Counted from the first letter of the stretch, positions 17,311-27,989 are shown. The stretch: DNA of 64,000 bases from Candidatus Poribacteria bacterium (GCA_965215265.1 OZ244048.1:3584001-3648000); one strand, 5' to 3'. Notes: generated by a model not told the origin, from the sequence alone. Translations and numbers: made by a program.

Positions 17311-19617
17311 TTAAATGGACATGAGTGGTTCTGATTTAATCTGTCCGGCCTGTAGTCGTTCCGCAAGGTACGTATTCCGTTCCATGACTTGATTATTCCT
17401 GATACAGATACCAATTGCGCGTTTCGTTCCAACAAGCACGACCCGTTCCTTAGCACGGGTGATGCCTGTGTAAAGTAAGTTGCGTTGTAACATCAGGTAA
17501 TGTTGCGTGTGCAAAGGGATAACAACCGCCGGGTATTCGCTGCCTTGTGCCTTGTGGATAGTTGTGGCGTATGCTAATACAAGTTCGTTCAAATCTGCCA
17601 TATCGTAATCTACGACTTTATCCGGAAACTGGATCCTTACCTTCTTGTCAACCGCGTTGATACCAATAATCCGCCCAATATCACCGTTAAAGACATCATA
17701 GTCGTAGTTATTGCGTACCTGCATGACCTTATCCCCGACGCGAAATGCCTGCCATCCACGGACGGCTTGTTCAGCATTTGGGTTTAACAGTGCTTGGAGC
17801 CGTTTGTTGAGGTTTTCAGAACCGAGCGTCCCGCGTCGCATCGGACATAAAAGTTGAATATCATCTATGGGATGGTAATTGAAGTGCCGTGGTAAACGCT
17901 CCGCAATTAAAGTGCCTATCAATTCTGCCGCTGCCTCCGGTTCCTCTTCTTCAATAAAGAAAAAATTTCTATTTGTGGCACCCGTGAGTTTTGGAAATTC
18001 TCCGGCGTTAATTTGGTGTGCGTTGGTGACAATCAGGCTCTGCTGTGCCTGCCGAAAAATCTCTGTCAATTTAATCACGGGTATTTTTTCGGAATCGATC
18101 AGGCATCTCAGCACATTTCCGGCACCGACGGAAGGGAGTTGGTCTATATCTCCAATGAGAATGACGGTGGTACCTGGACGAATCGCCTGCATGAAACGAT
18201 TCATCAACACAAGTTCTACCATCGACATTTCGTCTACAATCACCACGTCTGCCTCTAAAGGGTTTTGCCGATTACGTTTAAACGCGTTCCCCTGCGGTGA
18301 AAATTCGAGCAAACGATGTATCGTTTTTGCCTCACGTCCCGTCGTTTCGCTGAGCCGTTTAGCGGCACGTCCGGTTGGCGCTGTCAAAGCAATTCGCCTA
18401 CCTTCTAGTTCAAATAGTCGAATCATTCCAACGGTGGTGGTGGTTTTTCCGGTGCCGGGACCGCCGGTGAGTATCATAGCTTGCTCAGAAAGTGCTGTGT
18501 GAATTGCCTCCCGCTGCTGAAGCGCGAACCGGATGTCCATCTCAGATTCCAATTGGGCCAAGGAGGTGTCAATGTCTGTGCGAGTGTCTGAACCTTGGCT
18601 GTTATTGCTTAACAGCCTCAAAAATTGGTTTGCTACCCCCAACTCAGCATAGTAAAAAGGGGCGAGGTAAACAGCCGTATCTCTCGCTTGGTATTCCTCT
18701 ATAGATTCAACTTCGTATTCTAACGTTTCTTCGTCTAAATCTGGTTCCTCCGGAATTTCTACGACTCCCTTAACGTCTGGCATAGGTACGGCCTTATCAA
18801 TTAAAGGCTGTTCTTCTGGTAGGATAATCTCTTCTTTTTCAGCAAGTGCGGCGATGCCAGCATCAATGGCGATCGGAGCCAGTTCGAGCATTGTTTGACA
18901 TGCCGTAATCAGTTCTGTCTGATGTTGAAAGACATGTCCTTCATCAGCCTTTTGACTGAGTACGTATTTGATACCAGCCTGCACGCGGTGGGGGGAGTCC
19001 TTATCTACACCGAGTTTTTGTGCGATTGTATCGGCGGTTACGAAACCGATGCCATAAATGTCATCAGCGAGACGGTACGGATTCTCACGAACCAGCGCAA
19101 TCGCCTCATTTTGGTAGGTCTTGTAAATTTTTGCAGCATGTGCCGTGCTGACATCGTGCGATTGCAAAAAGAGCATAACATTTTTAATTTCGCGTTGTGC
19201 CTCCCACGCTTGCTGAATACTCTTCACCCGTTTTCTGCCGATACCGGGCACGCGTGCTAAGTTGCCGGGTGCTTGCTCAATGACATCCATCGTATCCATC
19301 CCGAATGTGTTGACAATCCGGGTAGCCATTTTTGGGCCAATACCTTTAATCAGGCCGGAACCGAGATATTTTCTCAAACCGACGACATTAGCAGGGAGAA
19401 TGGTTTCGTACTTTTCAATTTTGAACTGCCTGCCATACCTCGGACTTTCTACCCAATTGCCTTGTAGGAGTAAACTTTCGCCTGGATTGACAGAGGCCAA
19501 GTTCCCGACAATCGTGACAAGTTCAGGGTACTCACGCGAGGAAAGCCTGCCCACAGTGTAGCCGTTATCAGGATTTTCAAAAACAATACGTTCAAGAATG
19601 CCGCGAAGCGTTTCCAT
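17311..19617 (-). CDS. recD2: ATP-dependent RecD-like DNA helicase
   Basis: IKGIGP HhH repeats, GGPGTGKT, DEMSM, GDIDQLPSVG, HKAQGSE. Confidence 0.92.
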   Translation of the reverse strand: METLRGILERIVFENPDNGYTVGRLSSREYPELVTIVGNLASVNPGESLLLQGNWVESPRYGRQFKIEKYETILPANVVGLRKYLGSGLIKGIGPKMATRIVNTFGMDTMDVIEQAPGNLARVPGIGRKRVKSIQQAWEAQREIKNVMLFLQSHDVSTAHAAKIYKTYQNEAIALVRENPYRLADDIYGIGFVTADTIAQKLGVDKDSPHRVQAGIKYVLSQKADEGHVFQHQTELITACQTMLELAPIAIDAGIAALAEKEEIILPEEQPLIDKAVPMPDVKGVVEIPEEPDLDEETLEYEVESIEEYQARDTAVYLAPFYYAELGVANQFLRLLSNNSQGSDTRTDIDTSLAQLESEMDIRFALQQREAIHTALSEQAMILTGGPGTGKTTTTVGMIRLFELEGRRIALTAPTGRAAKRLSETTGREAKTIHRLLEFSPQGNAFKRNRQNPLEADVVIVDEMSMVELVLMNRFMQAIRPGTTVILIGDIDQLPSVGAGNVLRCLIDSEKIPVIKLTEIFRQAQQSLIVTNAHQINAGEFPKLTGATNRNFFFIEEEEPEAAAELIGTLIAERLPRHFNYHPIDDIQLLCPMRRGTLGSENLNKRLQALLNPNAEQAVRGWQAFRVGDKVMQVRNNYDYDVFNGDIGRIIGINAVDKKVRIQFPDKVVDYDMADLNELVLAYATTIHKAQGSEYPAVVIPLHTQHYLMLQRNLLYTGITRAKERVVLVGTKRAIGICIRNNQVMERNTYLAERLQAGQIKSEPLMSI

Positions 19618-19624
19618 GAGGCAC

Positions 19625-20857
19625 CTATTCAAGTTTAGACATAAGCTTCCGAAAAGCGTTCAATTGTGGTAGAATGACGTGTGGTTCATCCGTTTGCTTC
19701 TCAAGTGCTTCCACAGTTTTGAGTCCGTTCCCTGTAATAGCGACAACGATCCGTTCATCACGTCCGATGCACCCAGTCTCAATAAGTTTTTTCGCTGCAG
19801 CGAGCGTTACACCGCCTGCGGTCTCTGTGAAAATCCCCTCTGTAGAGGCGAGGAGTTTTATCGCTTCAATAATCTCGTCATCAGTGGCATGTTCACCGGC
19901 ACCGCCCGATTTACGGACTGTATCCGCTGCATAGATACCATCGGCAGGATTACCAATTGCTAACGACTTAGCAATGGTATTCGGTTTAACCGGTTTGACA
20001 AAATCACTTTCTTCTTTAAGTGTGTTGACAATTGGGCCACAACCTTCCGCTTGCGCGACGTGAATCTGGGTTGTGGGTTTATCTATTAAACCCAACAAGT
20101 GGAATTCCTTCAGTGCCTTGCCAATTTTTGTGATAAGTGAGCCGCCAGCTGCAGGTGCGATGATGTGGTCCGGTGCCGCCCAACCGAGCTGCTCGATTAA
20201 TTCAAAACAGAGGGTTTTAGAACCTTCTGCGTAGAAGGGCCGGATATTAATGTTTACAAACGCCCAAGGATAGACACCGGCAATCTCACTGCACAGACGG
20301 TTGACTTCATCGTAGGAACCCATGATGCCAACTACGGTAGGCGCGTAAACCAGCGAAGCAACAACTTTCCCTAGTTCCAAGTCTGCAGGGATAAAAATAT
20401 AACAATTTAAATTAGCAATTGCAGCATGCGCAGCGACTGAATTCGCCAAGTTGCCTGTAGATGCACACGATACCGTATCAAAATCAAATTCCTTTGCTTT
20501 GCTTAGGGCAATCGCCACAACCCGGTCCTTGAAAGAGAGCGTCGGATGGCAGACCGAATCGTCTTTTATATAAAGGTGTTTCACACCCAGCGCGTCACCG
20601 AGATTTTTTGCATGAATGAACGGAGTAAAGCCTGAGTTCAAACCATCTGTCGGTTCTCCATCAATGGGCAGCAAATCAATGTAGCGCCACAAACTTGCAG
20701 GTCCTCGCTCAATTGAACGTCTTGAGATTTTTTTTTGAATTACTTCATAATTATAGTCCACTTCTAGTGGACCGAAACAGAACTCGCAAACGTGAAACGG
20801 TGCTTTTGGGTACTTCCGTTCACATTCACGGCATTTTAAGCCCAATACTTTTTCCAT
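19625..20857 (-). CDS. thrC: Threonine synthase
   Basis: PTLSFKDR (PLP lysine), ASTGNLANS, N-terminal CxxC zinc ribbon. Confidence 0.88.
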   Translation of the reverse strand: MEKVLGLKCRECERKYPKAPFHVCEFCFGPLEVDYNYEVIQKKISRRSIERGPASLWRYIDLLPIDGEPTDGLNSGFTPFIHAKNLGDALGVKHLYIKDDSVCHPTLSFKDRVVAIALSKAKEFDFDTVSCASTGNLANSVAAHAAIANLNCYIFIPADLELGKVVASLVYAPTVVGIMGSYDEVNRLCSEIAGVYPWAFVNINIRPFYAEGSKTLCFELIEQLGWAAPDHIIAPAAGGSLITKIGKALKEFHLLGLIDKPTTQIHVAQAEGCGPIVNTLKEESDFVKPVKPNTIAKSLAIGNPADGIYAADTVRKSGGAGEHATDDEIIEAIKLLASTEGIFTETAGGVTLAAAKKLIETGCIGRDERIVVAITGNGLKTVEALEKQTDEPHVILPQLNAFRKLMSKLE

Positions 20858-20980
20858 TTTTAATATATGCCTCGTACTATCAAAGTGCTTTTTTCGCGAT
20901 TTTGCCAGGTAGAATTTTCATCACCAGAGGTCTTGATTTATCGCACAGGACATCACCATTTTAATGTAGAATGCAGGAAA

Positions 20981-22285
20981 CTAAATGGTTAAGATAATTT
21001 CGAAATCGTTGTTTCCGGGCTGCAATGCGATGCGCGCAAACAGTAGATGTGCACCTATCCAAGTGACATCCTCCACGTTAGACTCTGCTAACTGTAAACC
21101 GACGTGGTCTCCCCAGAGTGCTACACCGTAGGGCATCGGCTTCGTAGATTCAATATTAAAGGCGATGTGCAATCGAGACCTGTTTCTGCGGGTCATAAAC
21201 TGTGCCATCTTCGGCAAATGATACTCACTTCCGTGGGATACAACAGTCGTCTCAGAGACAGGCGGTGAAATGTAGTTTTTCATCTCAATCGGCTCCATCG
21301 CATCCTCGGTAAATGTGAACTGACATTCTGCATCATAATAAAAAAACGTTGTTTTCTCTGTTTCAGGTACAGGGGCTCCGTTGTACATACATGGATGTGC
21401 GAGTACACAAGTTGGCTCGGTCTGCTGGCAATTTTTCTGGTAATCGTTAACCATTTTCGAGACGGGTAGGAGCGTTGTGTTTTCTCCGCGGGACACATGT
21501 GCCAAATACGAATCCAATCGTTCTAACATCTCCGTTCCTAACTCAATAACTTCAAGGGCATTGAGATGTTGAACGTAGCTTAACCATCGATTCCAGTCCG
21601 TATTCTGCAGGTAGACATCGTAACTTTTCATACCCTTTAAGAGAGATGCCCGGAGATTACCCTCACCATTATCGATAGAAGCGGATGATAGATACGGAAT
21701 GCCCACTATTCCTGGTGCTGACGGTGCGCTGAAATTATGCTGTTCGGCAGACGGATAAAAACAGCCGAACGGGCATCCTGCATCGGTTTCTGTATCGGCG
21801 TGATTGTACCCCCATAAACCCTTAAACTGTGCTGTTTCCAAAGCGTGCAACAGAACATGGTGTTTCCAAGTCGCGCCTGCAACAATCGGTGTCGTGCAAG
21901 GAATTGCGCGTTTAAGTTTATCGCATTCGTTACTAACAAATTGCGGCAGTTTTTCGCGCATTCTGACGAGATGTTCTGCAGCTGCCGTGGTGGTAACTGG
22001 CGTGTTGATTAGACTCTCGAAATCGTCGACACCTTCCGCTGCCAGGTCCGCGTCCCATAAAGGTTTAACATCTAGCATAAGCAACGGTTCGTCGCCATAT
22101 TCGGTATGCCACGTGTTAATATCATTCGCTAAAAATCTGGCGGATTCAGCTGTGCATGCCCATGTTATCGGGATGCCGTATTTGTGTGCCATTTTTGCTA
22201 ACAGACGTGTACCATCACGCAGCTTCCGCCGGTTGTTCTCGTCTGAAGCGGCTGCGATAGCAGTGCTTACGAGTGCGTAGTTCAT
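20981..22285 (-). CDS. Hypothetical protein, possibly a glycoside hydrolase/deacetylase barrel
   Basis: 434-aa ORF in an operon; GIPITWA resembles the first strands of NodB-like folds. Confidence 0.55.
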   Translation of the reverse strand: MNYALVSTAIAAASDENNRRKLRDGTRLLAKMAHKYGIPITWACTAESARFLANDINTWHTEYGDEPLLMLDVKPLWDADLAAEGVDDFESLINTPVTTTAAAEHLVRMREKLPQFVSNECDKLKRAIPCTTPIVAGATWKHHVLLHALETAQFKGLWGYNHADTETDAGCPFGCFYPSAEQHNFSAPSAPGIVGIPYLSSASIDNGEGNLRASLLKGMKSYDVYLQNTDWNRWLSYVQHLNALEVIELGTEMLERLDSYLAHVSRGENTTLLPVSKMVNDYQKNCQQTEPTCVLAHPCMYNGAPVPETEKTTFFYYDAECQFTFTEDAMEPIEMKNYISPPVSETTVVSHGSEYHLPKMAQFMTRRNRSRLHIAFNIESTKPMPYGVALWGDHVGLQLAESNVEDVTWIGAHLLFARIALQPGNNDFEIILTI

Positions 22286-22290
22286 CTTTT

Positions 22291-22998
22291 CTATTCTAAA
22301 AACACGGTAACACCCATCTCTGCATACTTTTCGCGTGTGCTCGGGTTGCCGTTTCTAAAGCAGACAGCGGTAGGACTGCCGTCTAACGCTTTGACAACGT
22401 ACTCAACACAAGCATCCACGGTTTGGAGCGCGTGATGTGGATGACTTTCAATGCTAAACGTCAAATCCGCCGGCCCGAAGGAGAGACAATCAACGCCTGC
22501 TTTTGCGAGTCTACTAGCATGTGTTACCGCCTCAATTGATTCTATTTGCATCCAGAGAATGCCGTAATTATTCCACCAGTCTGCATATTCAAGCCGTTCC
22601 TGACCGGCTGAATTTTTTCTCGCCGCGCCCCCCCAACTGCGGAGGCCCTGCTGCGGATAGTAAAATGCCTCCACGGCCTCATCCACCGTCGACTCTAATT
22701 CCACCTGCGGCACCTCAATCCCAGAGGGCCCCAAGTCGAGATAGTTCCCGATGAGATAGGCATTTCGGGTGTGTTTAATCCGAAAGTTGACCTGGATATC
22801 CAGTTCATCTGCCAGATCACAGAAAGCAACGAGCCGATCTTCACTGTAGGCAGAATGTTGGCTATCCACTGCAACAAAGTCGTACCCACCCTCTTCAACT
22901 CTTTTGGCTAGACTGTCGCGGGGTGTCATCATTGAGACAGAAGCACCGTACACATGCTCGCCATCGCGAATCCGCTGTTTCAAATTTTTTGTTGACAT
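22291..22998 (-). CDS. HpcH/HpaI aldolase family protein
   Basis: DFVAVDSQH, YYPQQGLRSWG, MQIES, FGPADL. Confidence 0.85.
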   Translation of the reverse strand: MSTKNLKQRIRDGEHVYGASVSMMTPRDSLAKRVEEGGYDFVAVDSQHSAYSEDRLVAFCDLADELDIQVNFRIKHTRNAYLIGNYLDLGPSGIEVPQVELESTVDEAVEAFYYPQQGLRSWGGAARKNSAGQERLEYADWWNNYGILWMQIESIEAVTHASRLAKAGVDCLSFGPADLTFSIESHPHHALQTVDACVEYVVKALDGSPTAVCFRNGNPSTREKYAEMGVTVFLE

Positions 22999-23115
22999 AG
23001 GTTGGTCTCCCTTACTAACCTGTTCCCATTTAACTTCGTTTGATAAATCCGTTGGATAGTTTCCCTATAATTATACCCTAAAAAACGGTGTTACGTCAAC
23101 TGATTTATAGAGTGC

Positions 23116-23279
23116 TCCCAAATTTTCACTTCCCCACCATTTTTTGTAGAACGCTTCCGAGAAAGCGGTTGAGCAGATACCGCTTTTGGGATGACTTGAC
23201 ACGGTACCTCACACAGACACCCCGCCATCGCACCTACTGTCAACTCACAAAAAAATGGGGTAAATGAAGTTCCCAAATT
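23116..23279. mobile_element. MITE-like element with inverted ends and a flanking 9-bp direct repeat
   Basis: TCCCAAATT at 23116-23124 and 23271-23279 flanks TTCACTTCCCCACCATTTTTTGT ... ACAAAAAAATGGGGTAAATGAA. Confidence 0.5.
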
Positions 23280-23282
23280 CGC

Positions 23283-23312
23283 TTGACAAATTCCCATTTT
23301 TTATCCTATACT
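23283..23312 (+). promoter_or_regulatory. Sigma70 promoter
   Basis: TTGACA-N18-TATACT, 37 nt before ATG 23349. Confidence 0.6.
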
Positions 23313-23348
23313 TTAAGACACGACCTGAAATAAGAAGGAGCTGTCCCA

Positions 23349-24374
23349 ATGTATCGTGTCGGTATTATAGGTTTAGGCAACATTGCTTCGCGCTATTCAA
23401 ATCCTGATAATCCTTATCCGTATTGCCACGTCGGTGGTATCCGTTTTTGTGAAACGACCGAATTGACAGCCGTCGCAGACATGTCCCATGAACGTCAGAC
23501 AGAGTTCCGACAGACGTGGGGCCCCGCATTTCCAGAGCACACTATCAACTACTACGAAACAGACGTAGAGATGCTCGAAAACGAAAGTTTAGATATCGTG
23601 GCTGTCTGTGTCCGCGGACCTCATCATTACAAAGTGATGCAAAACGTATTGAAGGCGGATATCAAGGCAATCTTTCTTGAAAAACCGGCAGGCTGTTCGC
23701 TTGAAGAAGTGGATGCGATGACATCCGGTGCTGACGCAAAAGGAATTCCTATTATTGTGGATTATACGCGGCATTGGGGCCCGTATCTCATTCACCTGCA
23801 ATCACTTATCCGAGATGGCCTTATCGGTGAGGTCCAAAGCGTTATCGGCTACTGTGGAGGTGGTGTCCTATCATTCGCCATCCATACAACAGACATGATC
23901 TGCCAATTCGCGGGCTATGACCCAATTTCAGTAACCGGATTTGTGGAAGGCGGCGGAAACGTTCCTGAACCTTACGAACCGGAACCCGCGATTGTCGGTT
24001 CAACGATTCGCTTTGCAACGGGTGTTGTCGCTCACCACTTAGGAAACCATGGTGCACGAGTCCCTTTTTCCGTTGATATCTTCGGCAGTAAAGGAACCGT
24101 GAGCACGGGTTTTTATACGAACACGGTTATACATGCAGAAGGAGAATTGGTTGACACGAGCAGGCTCGGTTTTCCTGAAAACGCGAGTCCTTTCAAAGTC
24201 GCTTACAAACAGATTACGGATTACCTGGATGGCGGACCACTCCCGGATTGTGCACGTGATGATTATACGGCCGTTAACGAGCTCGGTTTCGCTACAATTG
24301 AGAGTGGGTTAACAGCTCAAACGATACAGCTGCCGTGCCGAAACAGGAAACGGCTCATCTTCGCGAACGGCTGA
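23349..24374 (+). CDS. Gfo/Idh/MocA oxidoreductase
   Basis: GIIGLGNIA, EKP. Confidence 0.85.
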   Translation: MYRVGIIGLGNIASRYSNPDNPYPYCHVGGIRFCETTELTAVADMSHERQTEFRQTWGPAFPEHTINYYETDVEMLENESLDIVAVCVRGPHHYKVMQNVLKADIKAIFLEKPAGCSLEEVDAMTSGADAKGIPIIVDYTRHWGPYLIHLQSLIRDGLIGEVQSVIGYCGGGVLSFAIHTTDMICQFAGYDPISVTGFVEGGGNVPEPYEPEPAIVGSTIRFATGVVAHHLGNHGARVPFSVDIFGSKGTVSTGFYTNTVIHAEGELVDTSRLGFPENASPFKVAYKQITDYLDGGPLPDCARDDYTAVNELGFATIESGLTAQTIQLPCRNRKRLIFANG

Positions 24375-24430
24375 TACGATGAAGTCCGGACGAGCCTCGC
24401 TACCAAATCAGGAAGTGATAAGGTACACAC

Positions 24431-25165
24431 ATGGCATCTTTCAAGGAACTGAATCTCACATCCCGTCTCTTTATGATGAGTTACGGTTACAAACGTTACC
24501 ACACAACCCCGTGTGCGCCGCTGCAGCTGCCGCTGAGCCGATGCCGGGTCGCGCTGATTACGACTGCCGGTTTCTATCTCCCTGAGCAACAGCCTTTTGA
24601 TAAAGCGGTGAGGAGCGGTGATTTTTCATATCGTGAGATTCCGAATACCGTTGCAACCCAAACGCTCTATCACGCGCATAAGACAGAAATCTACCATGAA
24701 AGTGCGAAGCTATTCGATCCAAACCTCGTCTTTCCGCTAGATCGATTTCGTGAATTGGAGGACAGCAGCACAATCGGGGGACTCAACCACAGACACTTCA
24801 GTTTTATGGGTTCCATCCTGCAACCGCGGCAGCTAATTGTAGAAACTGCCCCAGAAGTTGCACGGCACCTTGTAGCAGATAACGTGGACATAGTGTTTCT
24901 GACCCCCTTCTGACCGATGTGCAATCAATCTGTAGGATTGATACAACGTGCTATTGAAGAGAACGGTATCTCCACGGTCTCAATCGCGCTTGTTAAGAGT
25001 ATTGCAAGGAAGGTCAAACCTCCACGTGCACTGTTAGTGCCTTATCAATTCGGGCATCCGCTTGGAGAACCGGACAACCCTAAGTTACAACACGAGATTA
25101 TCGCTGAAGCGCTCGCGCTGCTACAGGATGAATCCCCAGTGCCGATTCTACGAGAAAAAACGTGA
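24431..25165 (+). CDS. Glycine/betaine/sarcosine/D-proline reductase selenoprotein B family protein (Sec at TGA 24911-24913, UxxC motif)
   Basis: ORFs 24431-24913 and 24917-25165 are in the same frame, joined as LTPF-TGA-PMC; RVALITTAG and FPLDR motifs; SECIS-like hairpin ATCAATC-TGTAG-GATTGAT after the UGA. Confidence 0.85.
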
Positions 25166-25193
25166 TCGGTGAAAAAAAAAGGAGCCGATTCAA

Positions 25194-26255
25194 ATGGATA
25201 AACTCAGAGTTGGTATTATTGGATGCGGTGGCATATTCCGAAGTCTACACGCGCCGTATTATGAAGAACCGACGCGACACGGTGATATCGTTGCCGTCGC
25301 TGACCTCAACGAAGCCGCTGCGACAGAACAAGCCGCCCGCTTCGGGGCAGAGGCGTATACCGATTATCGTGCACTGCTTGACAACTCGGATATAGATGCC
25401 GTCGATGTGTGTGTGCACCCGCGGCCGCATTGTGAGATAACGCACGCTGCTGCCGCCGCAGGCAAACACATTCTGATGGAAAAGCCGATGTGTTGCAACG
25501 TCACCGAGGGCGATGAAATGATTAGCGCCGCTGAAAATGCCGGAGTCCTTTTGATGGTGGCATACATGATGCGGTTCGATCCGGGACATAAGAAGTTAAA
25601 GGCGTTACTGGATGATGGGACACTTGGCACTTTGGAGATGGCGTATTCTAATCAGGTGAGCTGGTTTTCACCGGAGCGGCACCCTTGGCTTTTTGTCAAG
25701 GCGGAATCCGGAGGCATGCTCGTTGAACAAGCCATCCACCATCTGGATATCTGGTTGTGGTTATACGGGGCCGCAGAATCTGTCTACGGTGTCACAAGCC
25801 ATGTACCGTTAGGGGGAACTTACCCGGAACCAGACGAAGCAGTCGAGAACAACGCAGTGCTAACCATCCGTTTCAAAAACGGGGGCGTTGGTATGATGAT
25901 TAAGAGTTGGGCAGCGCAAATTGGGAATAGCGGGAACGGGCTCGTTGCTAGCAACGGCTCCGCAACCCTCATCCGACATGGGCTGCGGTGGCAAACACAC
26001 GAGATGCCGGCAGCAGAAGAATTCACTGCTTCGGTACCCGATGATGCTACATACCGCAATATCCCGCCAGCACAACGGGAACAACGGTATTGGAGCGTAG
26101 CGGCGAAAGGGGCAAGTATTGCACATTGGCTGGAGTGCATTGCCGGCGAAGCAGAGCCGACAACCCATGGCAGTATCGGGCGCGCCGGCATTGAGTTGGC
26201 AGAGGCGGTGTATCGCTCCGCGGATACCGGCACACCTATCGTACTCCCGCTGTAG
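25194..26255 (+). CDS. Gfo/Idh/MocA oxidoreductase
   Basis: GIIGCGGI, GKHILMEKP, EQAIHHLD. Confidence 0.9.
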   Translation: MDKLRVGIIGCGGIFRSLHAPYYEEPTRHGDIVAVADLNEAAATEQAARFGAEAYTDYRALLDNSDIDAVDVCVHPRPHCEITHAAAAAGKHILMEKPMCCNVTEGDEMISAAENAGVLLMVAYMMRFDPGHKKLKALLDDGTLGTLEMAYSNQVSWFSPERHPWLFVKAESGGMLVEQAIHHLDIWLWLYGAAESVYGVTSHVPLGGTYPEPDEAVENNAVLTIRFKNGGVGMMIKSWAAQIGNSGNGLVASNGSATLIRHGLRWQTHEMPAAEEFTASVPDDATYRNIPPAQREQRYWSVAAKGASIAHWLECIAGEAEPTTHGSIGRAGIELAEAVYRSADTGTPIVLPL

Positions 26256-26263
26256 TACCGCCA

Positions 26264-27349
26264 TTAGACCTCAGGCACCCTCACTGCGACCTCTTTCCCA
26301 GCTTCATGCGAACGGAAAATCCCGTCCATGATGACATTCGTGAGCAGCACGCCGTCCGGTGGTATCAGTGAGGGGCGCTCCGCTTTTACCGCTTCACGGA
26401 ACGCGGTCATCTGCGCTTCCCAGACATCAACCTCTGGAAATCCACTAAAGCGGATTGTCGTCATGCCCTCCGGCGGATTCGCTTCAGCCGTGAGTCCCTC
26501 TGCTGCGACGAGTTTCTTGAGCTCATCGGTGTACGCATCAGCATACACAACAGGTCCGTCTAAAGAGATGCCTGCCTCTCTGCCCAAGCAGAAACTACCG
26601 CCGAGCGAATCTTGATGGACCGCCCAAGAGATTTTAAACACCATTACACCACCGTTCTCAAACCGGACCCAGGCGGCACCGAACTCTTCGACATCCATAA
26701 TCCCACGCCATCTCGGATCTTGCTGGGAGATATAATCCTCTGTGATAGCAGAGACACGCACCGGTTTTGGATACCCCATTGCATATAAGGAGTTATGCAT
26801 GTTGTATACCCCGATATCAACCGTTGCCCCCGCGCCGGCTGTTTCTTTATAAATGAATGTACGCCCCGGGTTCCCACGCCGCCGGCATCCTGCCGATTCA
26901 GAATAATAGATGTCACCGAGTAATCCGGCATCAACGACTTTTTTAGCAAATTGGAGCCTCGGATTAAACGTACTATGGATGCCGATCTGTAAGATTTTAC
27001 CCGAGGCCTTCGCCGCACGTACCATAGCTGCTGCGTCCGATAGCCTTGCCGCCATCGGTTTCTCACAGAAAACGTGCTTACCTGCATTCAACGCTGCAAC
27101 TGTGGGCCGGCGATGCCCCTGATTGTAAGTACAAACGCTGACCGTGTCAATCTCGTCCATTTCAAGCATCTTGTTGTAACTTCTGAAGACATGTTTCTTC
27201 GGGACACCCCACTCTTCGGCTGCCTTTCGTGCCTTACCTTGAAAAATATCACACACAGCGACAATCTCAAAACCGCCGGCTTTCTGATAGGCTCTCTGGT
27301 GTGCACGTGAAATTCCACCCGTACCAACGATACCTACTCGAATAGTCAT
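26264..27349 (-). CDS. Gfo/Idh/MocA oxidoreductase
   Basis: GIVGTGGI, GKHVFCEKP, DIGVY. Confidence 0.9.
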   Translation of the reverse strand: MTIRVGIVGTGGISRAHQRAYQKAGGFEIVAVCDIFQGKARKAAEEWGVPKKHVFRSYNKMLEMDEIDTVSVCTYNQGHRRPTVAALNAGKHVFCEKPMAARLSDAAAMVRAAKASGKILQIGIHSTFNPRLQFAKKVVDAGLLGDIYYSESAGCRRRGNPGRTFIYKETAGAGATVDIGVYNMHNSLYAMGYPKPVRVSAITEDYISQQDPRWRGIMDVEEFGAAWVRFENGGVMVFKISWAVHQDSLGGSFCLGREAGISLDGPVVYADAYTDELKKLVAAEGLTAEANPPEGMTTIRFSGFPEVDVWEAQMTAFREAVKAERPSLIPPDGVLLTNVIMDGIFRSHEAGKEVAVRVPEV

Positions 27350-27510
27350 GTTGTCATTTCCTTATCGGTTATCTGCCTTCGCAAGAGGCACCGCTCTCTC
27401 TTTCTATGATGATGTGATTGTCAGAGAACGTTATCTCCAGCGCTACAAAAAATTGAATTGATGCCTAATTATAAATGAGACTCGGGTAGAATGCAAGAGA
27501 AAAATAGACC

Positions 27511-27556
27511 TCACTTCCCCCGATTTTTGTAGCAGGCTGTTGAGAAACGGGTTGAG
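27511..27556 (+). repeat. Copy of the left end of the 23125 element
   Basis: TCACTTCCCC.CGATTTTTGTAG...GAGAAA..GGTTGAG, about 38/48 identical to 23126-23173 by manual alignment. Confidence 0.55.
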
Positions 27557-27629
27557 ACGAAAAAAGAGAGACAATCCCCTAATACCCGTTATTAGGGGGC
27601 CGATACGGTTCCCTCTGCCGACCTTATTT

Positions 27630-27989
27630 TCACTTGAGCTTGTAACGATTTGTCTCGGGTTGCCACTCGCGAATGAGTTGCGTTTCTAAGGCGAGCGTCT
27701 GCTCCCGATCTTCGGTGAATGTCACAGAAAAGTGAACCCACTCACCGAACATGCGGAGTTGGTTACGAAGCTCAGGATTCTTCTCATCGGAAAGATGCTG
27801 TAGCAGCCGCCGCCGAACACAAGTGGTAGACACACCCGCGTAGAGACGTTCATAGGCTGTTTCTTCACCGTCATTGGTGAGGAGCCATAGTGCGTAGAGT
27901 CCACACCGCCCTTTTGGCAGCTGCAACACTGCCTCGCGGGTAAACGACTCACGCTTCTGCTCAAGCTGATATTTGATATTAAAAAGCAT
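27630..27989 (-). CDS. GIY-YIG nuclease-like protein
   Basis: GLY...YAG, VRRRLLQH, ALE..LI...P..N. Confidence 0.65.
   Translation of the reverse strand: MLFNIKYQLEQKRESFTREAVLQLPKGRCGLYALWLLTNDGEETAYERLYAGVSTTCVRRRLLQHLSDEKNPELRNQLRMFGEWVHFSVTFTEDREQTLALETQLIREWQPETNRYKLK

Noticed and set aside
17280-17456. N-terminal extension of the esterase ORF overlapping recD2
   Set aside because: The better-supported start is ATG 17279, with a ribosome-binding site and signal peptide.
18680-18830. Acidic insert in RecD2 as a possible intein
   Set aside because: It is only about 45 aa and lacks the C/S...HN splice motifs; probably a variable loop.
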